From contig JBMOLF010000010.1 in NCBI GenBank assembly GCA_049325595.1, positions 32,001 to 96,000 of the forward strand: 64,000 bases of DNA, given 5' to 3'. Positions 19,377 through 29,150 of the stretch are shown piece after piece. Numbering within the stretch: the stretch's first letter is position 1; each line of letters opens with the position of its first letter. Source of the stretch: Candidatus Babelota bacterium (GTDB taxonomy: Bacteria > Babelota > Babeliae > Babelales > Vermiphilaceae). The notes beneath the pieces were generated by a model. It did not search any database. It was not told where the DNA came from and saw only the letters and a list, made by a program, of their open reading frames with translations. The position numbers and the translations under genes were made by a program.

Positions 19377-20180
19377 TTAGGCTTCAATATCAGCAAGTTG
19401 TTCTTCGTGGCATCCTTGCTTTATTATTTCTTCAATTTGCTCTAAAGTGGCTTTTTTTCGAGCTAAATAATATTTATATAAAATACCATCGTGTAAATTC
19501 TGGATTCCAGTGTAGCCAGCTTCTAAACTCCAGCGCAATATTTTGCCCCAAAATAATGCAAAGTAGATAATCATCACAATCTCATTTGGTTCTTCATGAA
19601 CTGAATAGAGATTATTGTTATGACGCACTACATGAAAAGATGATGTTGATCGATTGGTAGCTTTGTTGGCAGATTTTAGTATTGCCCAATGAGCTTGTTT
19701 AGGAAGAAAATAAGATCCGATTAAAGATACTAATGAACCGGTGCTTAAAGCAGCAAGATATTTTTTTTCGGTTTTATAATTAAAAAGCAAATTAGAAAGA
19801 TAACCAATGCCTGATATACTTAGCAAGCTAGCGCAAATTTTTGCTATTCCCTTGCTAATTAAAATGGGATGTTTTTTTATATCACTTGCTAATTGCTTAT
19901 TTATCGCATCTATTTCATCTTTGGTAAGTGATTCAAGATATTTTTTTTCATTACGATAATTAAAGCGAATTTTCTTTTCTCGAGTATTGTATCGATTGTC
20001 AAAACTCTCTGAAAAGCGTTCTGCGTCAAGACCTTCTTTGATTAATTCATCAATTTCAGGGCCAGCGTAACAGGCATTTCTTATTTTATCAAAAAATTGA
20101 AGCCAACTTCCTTGATAGGTTGCTTGAGTCATAGGTGTCATAAATAAGAGCAATAAAGCCTTACGAGGGCAATAGTTCAT
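19377..20180 (-). CDS. Hypothetical protein with paired hydrophobic helices
   Basis: Start placed at ATG 20180 because the longer ORF overlaps the opposite-strand gene. Confidence 0.65.
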   Translation of the reverse strand: MNYCPRKALLLLFMTPMTQATYQGSWLQFFDKIRNACYAGPEIDELIKEGLDAERFSESFDNRYNTREKKIRFNYRNEKKYLESLTKDEIDAINKQLASDIKKHPILISKGIAKICASLLSISGIGYLSNLLFNYKTEKKYLAALSTGSLVSLIGSYFLPKQAHWAILKSANKATNRSTSSFHVVRHNNNLYSVHEEPNEIVMIIYFALFWGKILRWSLEAGYTGIQNLHDGILYKYYLARKKATLEQIEEIIKQGCHEEQLADIEA

Positions 20181-20258
20181 GTTGTAACCTTTATTAATTT
20201 TAAGTATGTTAGAAAATGAATACAGCCAATAATAAAATATCTTTGCTAAGTACTCAAT

Positions 20259-20918
20259 ATGAAACAGATTAAACATCATCAAATTCTTGAGACAGTTAAA
20301 CCTTATTTGCCCAATGCTCCTATTGTAGTTGAAGCTGGTGCATTTGATGGTGCTGATACTAAAAAAATGGCATTGTTGTGGCCTGAAGGCACCATTCATG
20401 CATTTGAACCCGTGCCCAAAAATTTTGAGCTGTTAAAAAATAATACTGTTGCGTATAAAAATATTTGCTGTTATCCACTCGCATTAAGTAACACTACCGG
20501 TTATGCAACTTTTTATTCAGCTATTAATCCTGCAAAACCAGATAAACCATGTCAGGCTGGCTCACTATTAGCGCCCAAAGAGCGATTGAGCCATTCGCCA
20601 ATGGTTTATCAAGAAACTATTCAGGTGCCGGCTATTACGCTTGATGATTGGGCTGAGAAAGAAGAAGTTAATCAAGTGGATTTTTTATGGCTTGATATGC
20701 AAGGGCATGAGTTATCGGTGATTAAAAGTTCTCCTGTTATCATGACTACCGTAAAAGCAATTTATACAGAGGTTCATTTTATAGAGGCTTATGAAGGCCA
20801 ATCTTCCTATCAAGAATTAAAAAATTATTTAGAATCTATTGGATTTACTATGGTAGCCCGTGATTTTACCGAGCCACCATCTTGGTTTTTTGGGAATGCA
20901 TTATTTGTACGTTTATAA
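20259..20918 (+). CDS. FkbM family methyltransferase
   Basis: VEAGAFDG, HAFEP, TLDDW, LWLDMQGHEL, IYTEV. Confidence 0.92.
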   Translation: MKQIKHHQILETVKPYLPNAPIVVEAGAFDGADTKKMALLWPEGTIHAFEPVPKNFELLKNNTVAYKNICCYPLALSNTTGYATFYSAINPAKPDKPCQAGSLLAPKERLSHSPMVYQETIQVPAITLDDWAEKEEVNQVDFLWLDMQGHELSVIKSSPVIMTTVKAIYTEVHFIEAYEGQSSYQELKNYLESIGFTMVARDFTEPPSWFFGNALFVRL

Positions 20919-20920
20919 GA

Positions 20921-21484
20921 TTAATTTTTAAATCCACTATTAATCCGTTGAATTTTTTTACCATACATCATAACTAAAAGTCCTGGTAAAACCCACGTTA
21001 AGGATTTCTTTTTTAGATTTTCATCAGCAAGATGGGTAGTTAAAAATGTATAAGGAGTAGGATTATCAATGGTAGGTAATTTATCACTTAATATTTTTAC
21101 AATAACGTTACAATAAGTTTTCTGAAATTGCTCCCAGCTTAAACTGTCTTGTTTTAATAATGCTTGGTAATAATCTTCTTCAAATTCTTTAATTTCACAT
21201 ATCTTATTCAAAATGTTACTTGCGTTGTCGGTAATGCTTCTTTTAAAGATAGAGCGATGATTTTTAGGCAAAACATTAATTTGATTATGAGTTTTGGTAA
21301 TAATTTCTTGCAAAGTAACATTTGACCAATTATTGGGATATGCTAATGCCTGTACAAATAAGGTATTTAAGTCGGTAATCTCTTGCGTATCTAATTCGAC
21401 TTGATCTAAGCGGCATAGTGTTTGTTTTTCTTGCGCGGCAATAGTGCCGGTAATAAAAAATAATAATATGTAAATAATTTTCAT
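20921..21484 (-). CDS. Hypothetical exported protein, paralog of 21662..22273
   Basis: Signal peptide MKIIYILLFFITGTIAA; shares V-x-LD...IT and W-x-L-x-G...Y-x3-IQR with its neighbour. Confidence 0.7.
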   Translation of the reverse strand: MKIIYILLFFITGTIAAQEKQTLCRLDQVELDTQEITDLNTLFVQALAYPNNWSNVTLQEIITKTHNQINVLPKNHRSIFKRSITDNASNILNKICEIKEFEEDYYQALLKQDSLSWEQFQKTYCNVIVKILSDKLPTIDNPTPYTFLTTHLADENLKKKSLTWVLPGLLVMMYGKKIQRINSGFKN

Positions 21485-21661
21485 AATATACTCGATAGTA
21501 ATTTGTATTAATACAATAGGTAAGCCCACAAGTGCTTACCTATATATTATCATATTAATCGGGCATTTTAAATTTCTGTTTTGCAATTTGTTTGACACTA
21601 TAACGAATAGATTCAGGGAATAACCAGTAAAATAACTCTTTTTTTATTTCATGTGATCCTT

Positions 21662-22273
21662 TTATTTGTTAACCGGTATATTAGGACATCCACATGAAGA
21701 CTGGGTGCGTTGTATTTGGCGGATATAGTATAAAATTATATTTCCGGCGAGTAACCACTTTTTGGCTGCCTCTGGTAGATCTTTATTTGCGCGTAAAAAT
21801 TCTTCATAGCTCCTAGAAGAAGGATTAGTTTGAAAGCAAACGCCTTTAGTTTGTAAAATTTCTTTCCCAACATGATAAGCACCAATGCGATAATTGTTCC
21901 ATGCTTCTAAACTATTTTCTTCTTTTGCTTTTTTATAGAGTTCTTGATAGTGCGTATCTTTTTCATGCAATTCAAAAAGTTCATCAAGAGTGTAGCGCGT
22001 TTCCATATTAAAGGAGGCAGTGTAAGTGAGATGAGGTTGATATTTATAAGATTCTATCCATGGTTCTAAGCTTTTGTAAAAAAGAGTAGCGTTATTAGTT
22101 TCTGATTCAGCATTGATTTTTTTACTTACGTCCAAGGTAGTTTGCATGCCTCCAAGAAATTCAGTGATGGCAACCGAATCTAATTTCACTTTATTCATTG
22201 GCCGTAATGTATTGTCCATAGTAAATAATGCCAAATTCGAGCTAAGAATTGCGATACATAATAATTTATTCAT
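21662..22273 (-). CDS. Hypothetical exported protein
   Basis: AAGGA RBS; signal peptide ending LFT|MDN. Confidence 0.75.
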   Translation of the reverse strand: MNKLLCIAILSSNLALFTMDNTLRPMNKVKLDSVAITEFLGGMQTTLDVSKKINAESETNNATLFYKSLEPWIESYKYQPHLTYTASFNMETRYTLDELFELHEKDTHYQELYKKAKEENSLEAWNNYRIGAYHVGKEILQTKGVCFQTNPSSRSYEEFLRANKDLPEAAKKWLLAGNIILYYIRQIQRTQSSCGCPNIPVNK

Positions 22274-22372
22274 ATAGTTTTCCTTTTTTTAAACTATTGC
22301 TTACTCACCTAAAAAAAAATTATCACTGTACTATTGAATCAACTAATATCATGTAATAAAAGGAAAAGAAAC

Positions 22373-23032
22373 ATGAAGATTTTTTTAGATACCGCATCTA
22401 TTGATGATATTAAACAGTTTGTGCAATTTGGTATTATTGATGGGGTAACAACTAATCCAACACATTTGTACAAGGCGGGCAAAGCGCCTCTTGATACCGT
22501 AAAAGAAATTACGAGTTTATTAAAAAATGGTGTAATTAGTGTAGAGGTTACTGAAGAAGAACCCGATGCCGTTTATCAGCAGGCTAAACGAATTGCGCAC
22601 ATAGCGCCTAATGTCGTGGTAAAAGTTCCTTGCCATGAAAAATATTATGAAGTTATAAATAAACTGGTGCAAGAAGAAGTACCGCTTAATATAACCTTGG
22701 TATTTAGTTTGTTGCAAAGCTTGATGATGTGCAAGTTAGGTGTCCGCTACATTTCTCCTTTTGTCGGTCGGCTTGATGATATTGATGCCGATGGTTCAGG
22801 ATTGCTTCATGATTTGCGACAAATGGTTGATACTTACAATTTTAAAACTCAAATTCTTGCCGCTTCAATTCGATCGGTTGATGATTTTCATCAAGCAGTT
22901 ATGGCTGGAGCTGATGTAGTAACTTTACCTACAGAAGTTTTGCGTAAAGCTCTCCAGCATCCATTAACGGATAAAGGCATGAAGCTGTTTCTTGATGATT
23001 GGCGCAAGCTTGGATATAAGTCGTTTGCTTAA
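22373..23032 (+). CDS. tal: Transaldolase / fructose-6-phosphate aldolase family protein
   Basis: MKIFLDTA, GVTTNPT, VVVKVP, YISPFVGRLDD, LAASIR, HPLTDKG. Confidence 0.93.
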   Translation: MKIFLDTASIDDIKQFVQFGIIDGVTTNPTHLYKAGKAPLDTVKEITSLLKNGVISVEVTEEEPDAVYQQAKRIAHIAPNVVVKVPCHEKYYEVINKLVQEEVPLNITLVFSLLQSLMMCKLGVRYISPFVGRLDDIDADGSGLLHDLRQMVDTYNFKTQILAASIRSVDDFHQAVMAGADVVTLPTEVLRKALQHPLTDKGMKLFLDDWRKLGYKSFA

Positions 23033-23445
23033 GGTGTTGTCCTGTAAAGTTCTAGCTTTTCAAGAACATCACCAACGGTTAGTTTTTTTAGTGAGAATGC
23101 ATCTTTTTTAGTGCCATATTTACGCATCTCTTTAAAATCAGAAAGCACTTTTGCAACAACTGAATCGCTTGAAAAGCTCTCTTGTAATTCTTTATCAACA
23201 ATTTTATCTTTCATGTTGCTTAGCTTTTGCCATAAAATTTTTTTATCTTCATCTGATAAGTGGACAAAGCAGATGGTAGGATAACTATTTTCTTCTTTAA
23301 TACCTAATGAAAATTGGTAATCAATTTTTTTGCCGTTAAAAGGGTGAGCATACCGAATGTTTGGTCGCATTTCTTGGCAAACTTTGTCATAGCTATTAAT
23401 CATAAAAATTAGCAATAGCCCATTTAAGAAAATTGTTTTTTTCAT
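23029..23445 (-). CDS. Hypothetical exported protein
   Basis: Signal-like N-terminus; ATGA overlap with the upstream gene. Confidence 0.65.
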   Translation of the reverse strand: MKKTIFLNGLLLIFMINSYDKVCQEMRPNIRYAHPFNGKKIDYQFSLGIKEENSYPTICFVHLSDEDKKILWQKLSNMKDKIVDKELQESFSSDSVVAKVLSDFKEMRKYGTKKDAFSLKKLTVGDVLEKLELYRTTP

Positions 23446-24122
23446 TCATTAGCCCTTTTTTTTGCATATACATAGACGGTTGTTTTTTTATTCCATGTCA
23501 TAGGTAATTGATAGGTTTTGAACAGCGTTAAATAATTATTTTCAGGCATTTTGCGTAAGGTAATAACATATCGTAATGATTGTGTCTTTGATAACGTGTT
23601 TGAAATCTGTTGCATTAATTTATCAGAAAAACAGGTTGAGCATAAAAAGATTACAGTAGCATCGGAAAAGTTTGTTTTAGTAATATCTGCAACACGCAAT
23701 TCGACTCGATCTTTAAAATCAATACCATACATGTTTTTTAAATTAATTACTGCCTGTTGAGCTCGTTCGATACGGGTTTTTGATAATTCAACACCTTTGG
23801 CTTTTGCCGGTGTTGTTAAAGCTACTTGTAAACAGGTTTGCGCAAGCCCACAACCAAGATCATAAAAAACATCTAGGGCTGATAAAGTAAGATCAGATAA
23901 TAGTGTTTGCAGCGCTTCAAAGGTAATTTCTCCATATGTAGGGTCGCCGCCAGCAGTTCTTATAGAAGCTGATTCCTGCGGTGGAATAACATAGCCATTT
24001 ATATTTTTATAAACAGTATTTATGATTTGCTGAGCCTGATTAGGTTTTAGTGGTAAAGATAGAACTGTATAACTAAAGAAAGTTATTATCAATAATGGTA
24101 CTAGATATAACGAGTGCTTCAT
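23442..24122 (-). CDS. DOT1-like class I SAM methyltransferase with signal peptide
   Basis: TYGE, DVFYDLGCG, GVELS, ATVIFLCSTCF. Confidence 0.8.
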   Translation of the reverse strand: MKHSLYLVPLLIITFFSYTVLSLPLKPNQAQQIINTVYKNINGYVIPPQESASIRTAGGDPTYGEITFEALQTLLSDLTLSALDVFYDLGCGLAQTCLQVALTTPAKAKGVELSKTRIERAQQAVINLKNMYGIDFKDRVELRVADITKTNFSDATVIFLCSTCFSDKLMQQISNTLSKTQSLRYVITLRKMPENNYLTLFKTYQLPMTWNKKTTVYVYAKKRANE

Positions 24123-24182
24123 ACTACTCAATCCTTTTTACCATTTTTTCATAACTGGCAGATGTAATACAAGAACTTAAGC

Positions 24183-24221
24183 AAAAAAAGAAGGGAAGAG
24201 ATATAAAATCTCTTCCCTTCT
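24183..24221 (-). terminator. Intrinsic terminator after ndk
   Basis: AGAAGGGAAGAGAT/ATCTCTTCCCTTCT stem with a T run on the minus strand. Confidence 0.85.
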
Positions 24222-24245
24222 AATTCATTTCTAATCTGAAATAGG

Positions 24246-24662
24246 TTATTTCAAATCAGGAAAGAACAATGCAAGTTCTTGCTTTGCTGTTTCAGGAGCA
24301 TCAGAACCATGGACCGCATTGTTACCAATGTTAGCACCAAATAATTTTCTGATAGTTCCTTCAGCAGCTTTTGCCGGGTCGGTGGTTCCCATAAGATCAC
24401 GCCATGCTTGAATAGCGTTATCTTTTTCAAGAGCCATAATAACAACCGGTCCTGAAGTAATGAAATTTACCATTTCACCAAAAAAAGGTCGTTCTTTGTG
24501 TACGCCGTAAAAAGTTTCAACTTGAGGTTTAGTCAAGGTAGCTTTTTGCATGCGTACAATAGTAAACCCATTTTTTTCAATAAGGTCGATGATTTTGCCA
24601 CTATTACCAGCAGCAACTGCATCAGGCTTAATCATAGCGAATGTACGTTGCATAATGAACAT
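24246..24662 (-). CDS. ndk: Nucleoside diphosphate kinase (alternative start at 24653)
   Basis: RTFAMIKPDA, HKERPFF, GTIR, NAVHGSD. Confidence 0.97.
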   Translation of the reverse strand: MFIMQRTFAMIKPDAVAAGNSGKIIDLIEKNGFTIVRMQKATLTKPQVETFYGVHKERPFFGEMVNFITSGPVVIMALEKDNAIQAWRDLMGTTDPAKAAEGTIRKLFGANIGNNAVHGSDAPETAKQELALFFPDLK

Positions 24663-24664
24663 CC

Positions 24665-26509
24665 TTACTCGTTGTCTGACTCTGAAGAAGTTGTTTCGCC
24701 TTCTGTTCCTTGCTTTTGACGAGCTGCATATTTTTCAAGCTCAAGCTGGAACAAGTTTTTGGTTTTAGGAGCAGAAGTTTGAGTTTTTGGTTGCTTTTCA
24801 ACTTTAGCTGCCTTCGGCTTCTCTTTTCTTTCTTCAGTACGAACGTGTTCATAAGAACCGGTTTCTTTAGTCTTCAAGCTTAAGCCAAGTTTACGTTCTT
24901 CCTTGTTAATGTTGATAACACGGAATTGTGACATTTGGCCAACTTTAAGAATATCTTCAACCTTGTTTACATTATGATCAGCAAGTTCAGAAATATGCAC
25001 TAAGCCTTCAATACCGGTAGGAAGTTTTACAAATGCACCAAAATTGGTGATTTTGGAAACTTTACCTTCAACCAAGGTACCAATTGGGTATTGAGTTTCA
25101 ATATTTTCCCATGGATCTTGGGTGAGTTGTTTGATGCCAAGAGATATTTTCTTATTAACTTTATCTACACCAAGTACTACCGCTTCTACGGTATCACCTT
25201 TCTTGTAGATATCGCTTGGGTGATCAATATGCTCAGTCCATGAAAGATCAGAAATATGTACCAATCCGTCAATTCCCGGCATTAATTGTACAAAGATACC
25301 AAAGTCAGTGATGTTACTGATGGTTCCTTTGATGTGTTGACCCACTTTAAATTGCTCATCAACAGCTTCCCAAGGATTTTTATCAATTTGTTTGATGCTC
25401 AAGGACATACGACGATTTTCTTTATCCAATGAAACGATCAATACTTCAATTTCTTGACCTACTTTAAATTTGTTGGTCAAGTCGTTGATACGATCAGTCC
25501 ATGAAATTTCAGAAATGTGTACCAATCCTTCAACACCTTTTTGAATTTCAACAAAAAGGCCATAATCGGTGATGCTAGAGATTTTACCTTTAACTTTGTC
25601 ACCAACTTTGAGTGTTTCGCTTACTTTTTCCCACGGATTGCCACTGAGTTGTTTTAAGCCAAGAGAGATTTTTTCATTAGCTTTATCAAATGACAATACT
25701 ACGACAGAAATAGTATCGCCAATGCGAACCATTTCGCTTGGGTGAGCAATGCGACCCCAGGTCATATCAGTAATGTGTAAGAGTCCGTCTACGCCGCCGA
25801 TGTCGATGAACACACCATAATTGGTAATATTCTTAACCACACCTTGAATTACTTGTCCAACATGTAAAGTATCCAAGATTTTCTTACGACCTTCTGCGCG
25901 TTGTTCTGATAAGAACTTGCGACGAGAAATAATTACATTGCCGCGTTTTTTGTTAATTTTAATAACATTGGCAGTAATTGGTTGACCTACGTACTGATCA
26001 AAGTCAGTAACTCTTTGCAAGTCAATTTGGGATCCAGGCAAGAATGCAGGGATGCCAATATCAACGCTTAAGCCACCTTTAACTTTATGAGTAACGATAC
26101 CCTCAACTGGTTTACCTTCTTCATAAAGACGGGTAATTTCATCCCAGGCGCGAAGCGCTTTAGCTTTCTCATATGAAAGCAAAACTTGGCCATCAGCAGT
26201 TTCTATTTCGTCAAGAATAACTTCAATAGGATCGCCTGCCTTTAGTTTTTTTAACTCATGTTCTGAAAATTCATAACGAGGTATGAAGCCATCAGACTTA
26301 AAGTTAATATCTACCACCACACCATCATTGGTAACTTTCATGATAGACCCTTGGATGAGCTTGCCAGATGTTAAATTGTCAAGCGCTCCTTGATAAAGGC
26401 TATCAATCTCTTGTCTTTGTTCAGCACTTAAGCTGAGTAACTCATCATCGATGAGAACTGCTTTGTCTGCCTGAGCAAATTGGGTGGGTTTGATAAACTC
26501 TTTTGACAT
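24665..26509 (-). CDS. rpsA: 30S ribosomal protein S1
   Basis: Six S1 repeats (FLPGSQID, DGLLHITD, EGLVHISE, DGLVHISD); AGGAG RBS before ATG 26509. Confidence 0.97.
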   Translation of the reverse strand: MSKEFIKPTQFAQADKAVLIDDELLSLSAEQRQEIDSLYQGALDNLTSGKLIQGSIMKVTNDGVVVDINFKSDGFIPRYEFSEHELKKLKAGDPIEVILDEIETADGQVLLSYEKAKALRAWDEITRLYEEGKPVEGIVTHKVKGGLSVDIGIPAFLPGSQIDLQRVTDFDQYVGQPITANVIKINKKRGNVIISRRKFLSEQRAEGRKKILDTLHVGQVIQGVVKNITNYGVFIDIGGVDGLLHITDMTWGRIAHPSEMVRIGDTISVVVLSFDKANEKISLGLKQLSGNPWEKVSETLKVGDKVKGKISSITDYGLFVEIQKGVEGLVHISEISWTDRINDLTNKFKVGQEIEVLIVSLDKENRRMSLSIKQIDKNPWEAVDEQFKVGQHIKGTISNITDFGIFVQLMPGIDGLVHISDLSWTEHIDHPSDIYKKGDTVEAVVLGVDKVNKKISLGIKQLTQDPWENIETQYPIGTLVEGKVSKITNFGAFVKLPTGIEGLVHISELADHNVNKVEDILKVGQMSQFRVININKEERKLGLSLKTKETGSYEHVRTEERKEKPKAAKVEKQPKTQTSAPKTKNLFQLELEKYAARQKQGTEGETTSSESDNE

Positions 26510-26766
26510 GTAATGCTCCTTTTGATTGGTAAAAATCCAATCAAAATTCCTAATAAAAGGAGGTTTAAAGGTTAAAATAAAATACAATGCTTTTATTTTA
26601 TCATGATTGGGTATGTTTTACAAATTGGCTTTTTTGCATGAATCATCGTATTGCTAGGAGTTATCCAATGAATTTTTATGCATATACATGAGCTTTGTTT
26701 TTATTGCTATTTGTGATAAAATTAAATGCGTAGTTAATAATTTATTTATGTTAAAATGGAGTGCTT

Positions 26767-27153
26767 ATGAAGGTATTAATACTTTCTTTATTTTTTACCA
26801 CCTTGAGTTTTATTTCAGTGTGCCAAGAATCTAACAAACAAGTTAATAAAATGAGTATTTCGTTTTTGCTCAATGATGGTAACAATATTAACTCTGGCTT
26901 AGCAAAAATATCTTATTTAGCTAAAAATAAAGCTATATGTCAGCATTGTTCGGCTATTTTTCACTCACAAGATCGATGCCTGGAACATCTTATGACATTA
27001 ACTAAAAATTCTTATCAATTTATATGTTGTAATAATATTTATGAAAATTCTGACCAGGCACAAACCCATCTTTACGTTAACCATTTTCGGCAAAAAAGAA
27101 ATTTCATTATTTATCAAGACGAAAAATTAGTGGTAAATAATAGTTCAAATTAA
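26767..27153 (+). CDS. Exported protein with C2H2-type zinc-finger motifs
   Basis: Signal peptide; CQHCSAIF...LEH and CCNNIY...THLYVNH. Confidence 0.7.
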   Translation: MKVLILSLFFTTLSFISVCQESNKQVNKMSISFLLNDGNNINSGLAKISYLAKNKAICQHCSAIFHSQDRCLEHLMTLTKNSYQFICCNNIYENSDQAQTHLYVNHFRQKRNFIIYQDEKLVVNNSSN

Positions 27154-27896
27154 TTTATATTTTTTTGTTGGCGGTATAGTAAAGTTGCAAATATCCCTAA
27201 GGTTACCAATTTTAAATATGATGCAACAAAGTAATCAAGAAATAATGGCAATTTAGAAGTAATTGCTGTTGTTGTTGTATCAGTAATAAACTTAATTTGA
27301 AAAAAAGTAATAAAATAATGAATTAAGGTAACTAATACATATGCAGCAGCTAAACTTATAAGAACTGCAACAATAGTTTTTAATACCAATTTGCTTGATT
27401 CTACCATTGCAAAAATTGCGTTGTTGGCTTTAAACAAAACGAACTGGGTTGCATAAAATAATAAAAATACTCTGATTATTGAATCTATGAGCAAGATTAT
27501 AAATGATAATTGTGGTATGCCAGCAAATAAGGTACGTGAAAAGAGATATTGAATAATTCCAAAAAGTGCTAGTGCAGGAAATTTGTCAGACGCTACTTTA
27601 AAGCTTTGACTAATCCCTGCAGAAGGTCGATTAGGTACATAATAAGCAACAGCAGCAACGATAAAAAATTGCAACGTATTTTCAAAAATATGTGCCAATG
27701 GTAACATTAAATAATCAAAAAAACCTAATGTTTTGCCAGTTTGTGCAAGTAAATTAATCGAAGAAAATAACAAATAATGGAATCCCATAAAAAAGAGCGC
27801 CGTTGCAAAAACAATTCCTAGTATGACAGGGTGTTGCCATGCAAGCAGATGAGCCTTTAAATATGTTTTAATATCATCAATAATAGTAATGTTCAT
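27150..27896 (-). CDS. Multi-pass membrane protein
   Basis: About six hydrophobic helices; GAGG RBS. Confidence 0.8.
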   Translation of the reverse strand: MNITIIDDIKTYLKAHLLAWQHPVILGIVFATALFFMGFHYLLFSSINLLAQTGKTLGFFDYLMLPLAHIFENTLQFFIVAAVAYYVPNRPSAGISQSFKVASDKFPALALFGIIQYLFSRTLFAGIPQLSFIILLIDSIIRVFLLFYATQFVLFKANNAIFAMVESSKLVLKTIVAVLISLAAAYVLVTLIHYFITFFQIKFITDTTTTAITSKLPLFLDYFVASYLKLVTLGIFATLLYRQQKNIN

Positions 27897-28002
27897 AAAA
27901 ACCTCAAAAATAAAATTTTTTGGTAATTATTACCATCACTAGCAAGCTGTGCTAAAAAAAGTAAAGATCTTATACTATTGTTTGATGATTAAAATGATTT
28001 GA

Positions 28003-28626
28003 TTATTTGGTTTTTAAATAATCAAACACAATTTGGCTCCAGGTTTCAAGCTGTGGATAGAGCTGTTCAATTTCTTCACACGTCATAAGATAACCAGATT
28101 TTAGCTCTGATTTTACGGCAATCTGATCAGTATTCCCATGAGCAAGAATTACAAATCCTAAATGTACTTGTCCTACAGCATTAGAGTCATCATTTAAAAA
28201 ACCAATTGGTTCAAGAGTAAGTGAGCCAGAATAATTTATTTCTTCATGAAATTCGCGTTCTGCCCAGTCAATTATTGCTTTTCCTTGGACATCTTCTTGA
28301 CGCACATGGCCACCAATGCCTAAAGAAAATTTATTTTTCAAGCGTTGCTCAGAAGCGCTGCTTTTACGTTGCATAACAAAATAGCGGCCATCAAAATGAT
28401 AAACTACATAAGGAATAATTTGTTTGTAAGTTGGATCTTGCTCCATTAGTGAGCGGGGTAAAAATTCTTGATTTTGAGTGATCGTTGTTACCATGTTAGA
28501 AGTGCTATCGTTGTTTAACCCATGCCAACTTGTTTGAGCAAATAGCAATTCGCGTTTTACTACTAAGATATGTTCATCATGATTCTTTATTGAATTGGTT
28601 GGTATAGCATTTGGTGTAGGATTCAT
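28003..28626 (-). CDS. Nudix-fold predicted phosphoesterase (COG4112-like)
   Basis: DPTYKQIIPY, SLGIGGHV, REFHEE, NDDSNAVGQVHLG. Confidence 0.85.
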   Translation of the reverse strand: MNPTPNAIPTNSIKNHDEHILVVKRELLFAQTSWHGLNNDSTSNMVTTITQNQEFLPRSLMEQDPTYKQIIPYVVYHFDGRYFVMQRKSSASEQRLKNKFSLGIGGHVRQEDVQGKAIIDWAEREFHEEINYSGSLTLEPIGFLNDDSNAVGQVHLGFVILAHGNTDQIAVKSELKSGYLMTCEEIEQLYPQLETWSQIVFDYLKTK

Positions 28627-28673
28627 AACGATATCTTTCAAGAAAATTTGTTAACCATAAGAAGGAGATTATC

Positions 28674-29084
28674 ATGAATAGTTCTAATCCACAAATAGTG
28701 CAAAATTGCCAAGTGCATACTGCCTATACGTTACTTAAATATACCTATGGTATTGTTGCGCTTATTGTGGGTCTTGATAAGTTTTTTGGTTTTGTTACCC
28801 ATTGGCCTAAATATGTAAGCCCTTATATTGCACAATATTTGCCTGCTGGATTTACTATGCAATATTTGCTTGGCAGCGTCGGCATTATTGAGATTGTTGT
28901 TGGATTATTAGTGTTGAATAAAAAATATACGCAAATTGGTGCCTATATTTTAGCGGCATGGTTGGGCATAATTGCACTCAATTTGCTGACTATTGGCGGC
29001 TATTTTGATATTGCTGTGCGTGATCTGGTGCTAGCAGTAGGTGCAATAGCTCTTGCTCTTTTAAGCAAAGTTTGTTGTAAGTAA
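28674..29084 (+). CDS. DoxX-like membrane protein
   Basis: GLDKFF, WPKYVSP, GIIEIVVG, YFDIAVRD. Confidence 0.82.
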   Translation: MNSSNPQIVQNCQVHTAYTLLKYTYGIVALIVGLDKFFGFVTHWPKYVSPYIAQYLPAGFTMQYLLGSVGIIEIVVGLLVLNKKYTQIGAYILAAWLGIIALNLLTIGGYFDIAVRDLVLAVGAIALALLSKVCCK

Positions 29085-29090
29085 CCATAA

Positions 29091-29131
29091 AAAATAAGAG
29101 AGCATAGCCAACATCTACGCTCTCTTATTTT
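29091..29131. terminator. Bidirectional terminator
   Basis: AAAATAAGAGAGC...GCTCTCTTATTTT between convergent genes. Confidence 0.75.
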
Positions 29132-29150
29132 ATTTATAAATAAGGCAAAT

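Noticed and set aside
20181..20399. Long N-terminal extension of ORF 19377..20399
   Set aside because: Antisense overlap with the FkbM gene; ATG 20180 is more plausible.
21503..21543. TTGTATTAATACAA palindrome and adjacent 10-bp hairpin
   Set aside because: AT-rich palindromes are common at this composition and the hairpin lacks a clear U tract; no function can be supported.
16185..29131. Similar AAGAGAGC/GCTCTCTT stems at 16185 and 29091 as a repeat or MITE family
   Set aside because: Only two short copies with different loops; both are explained as bidirectional terminators.
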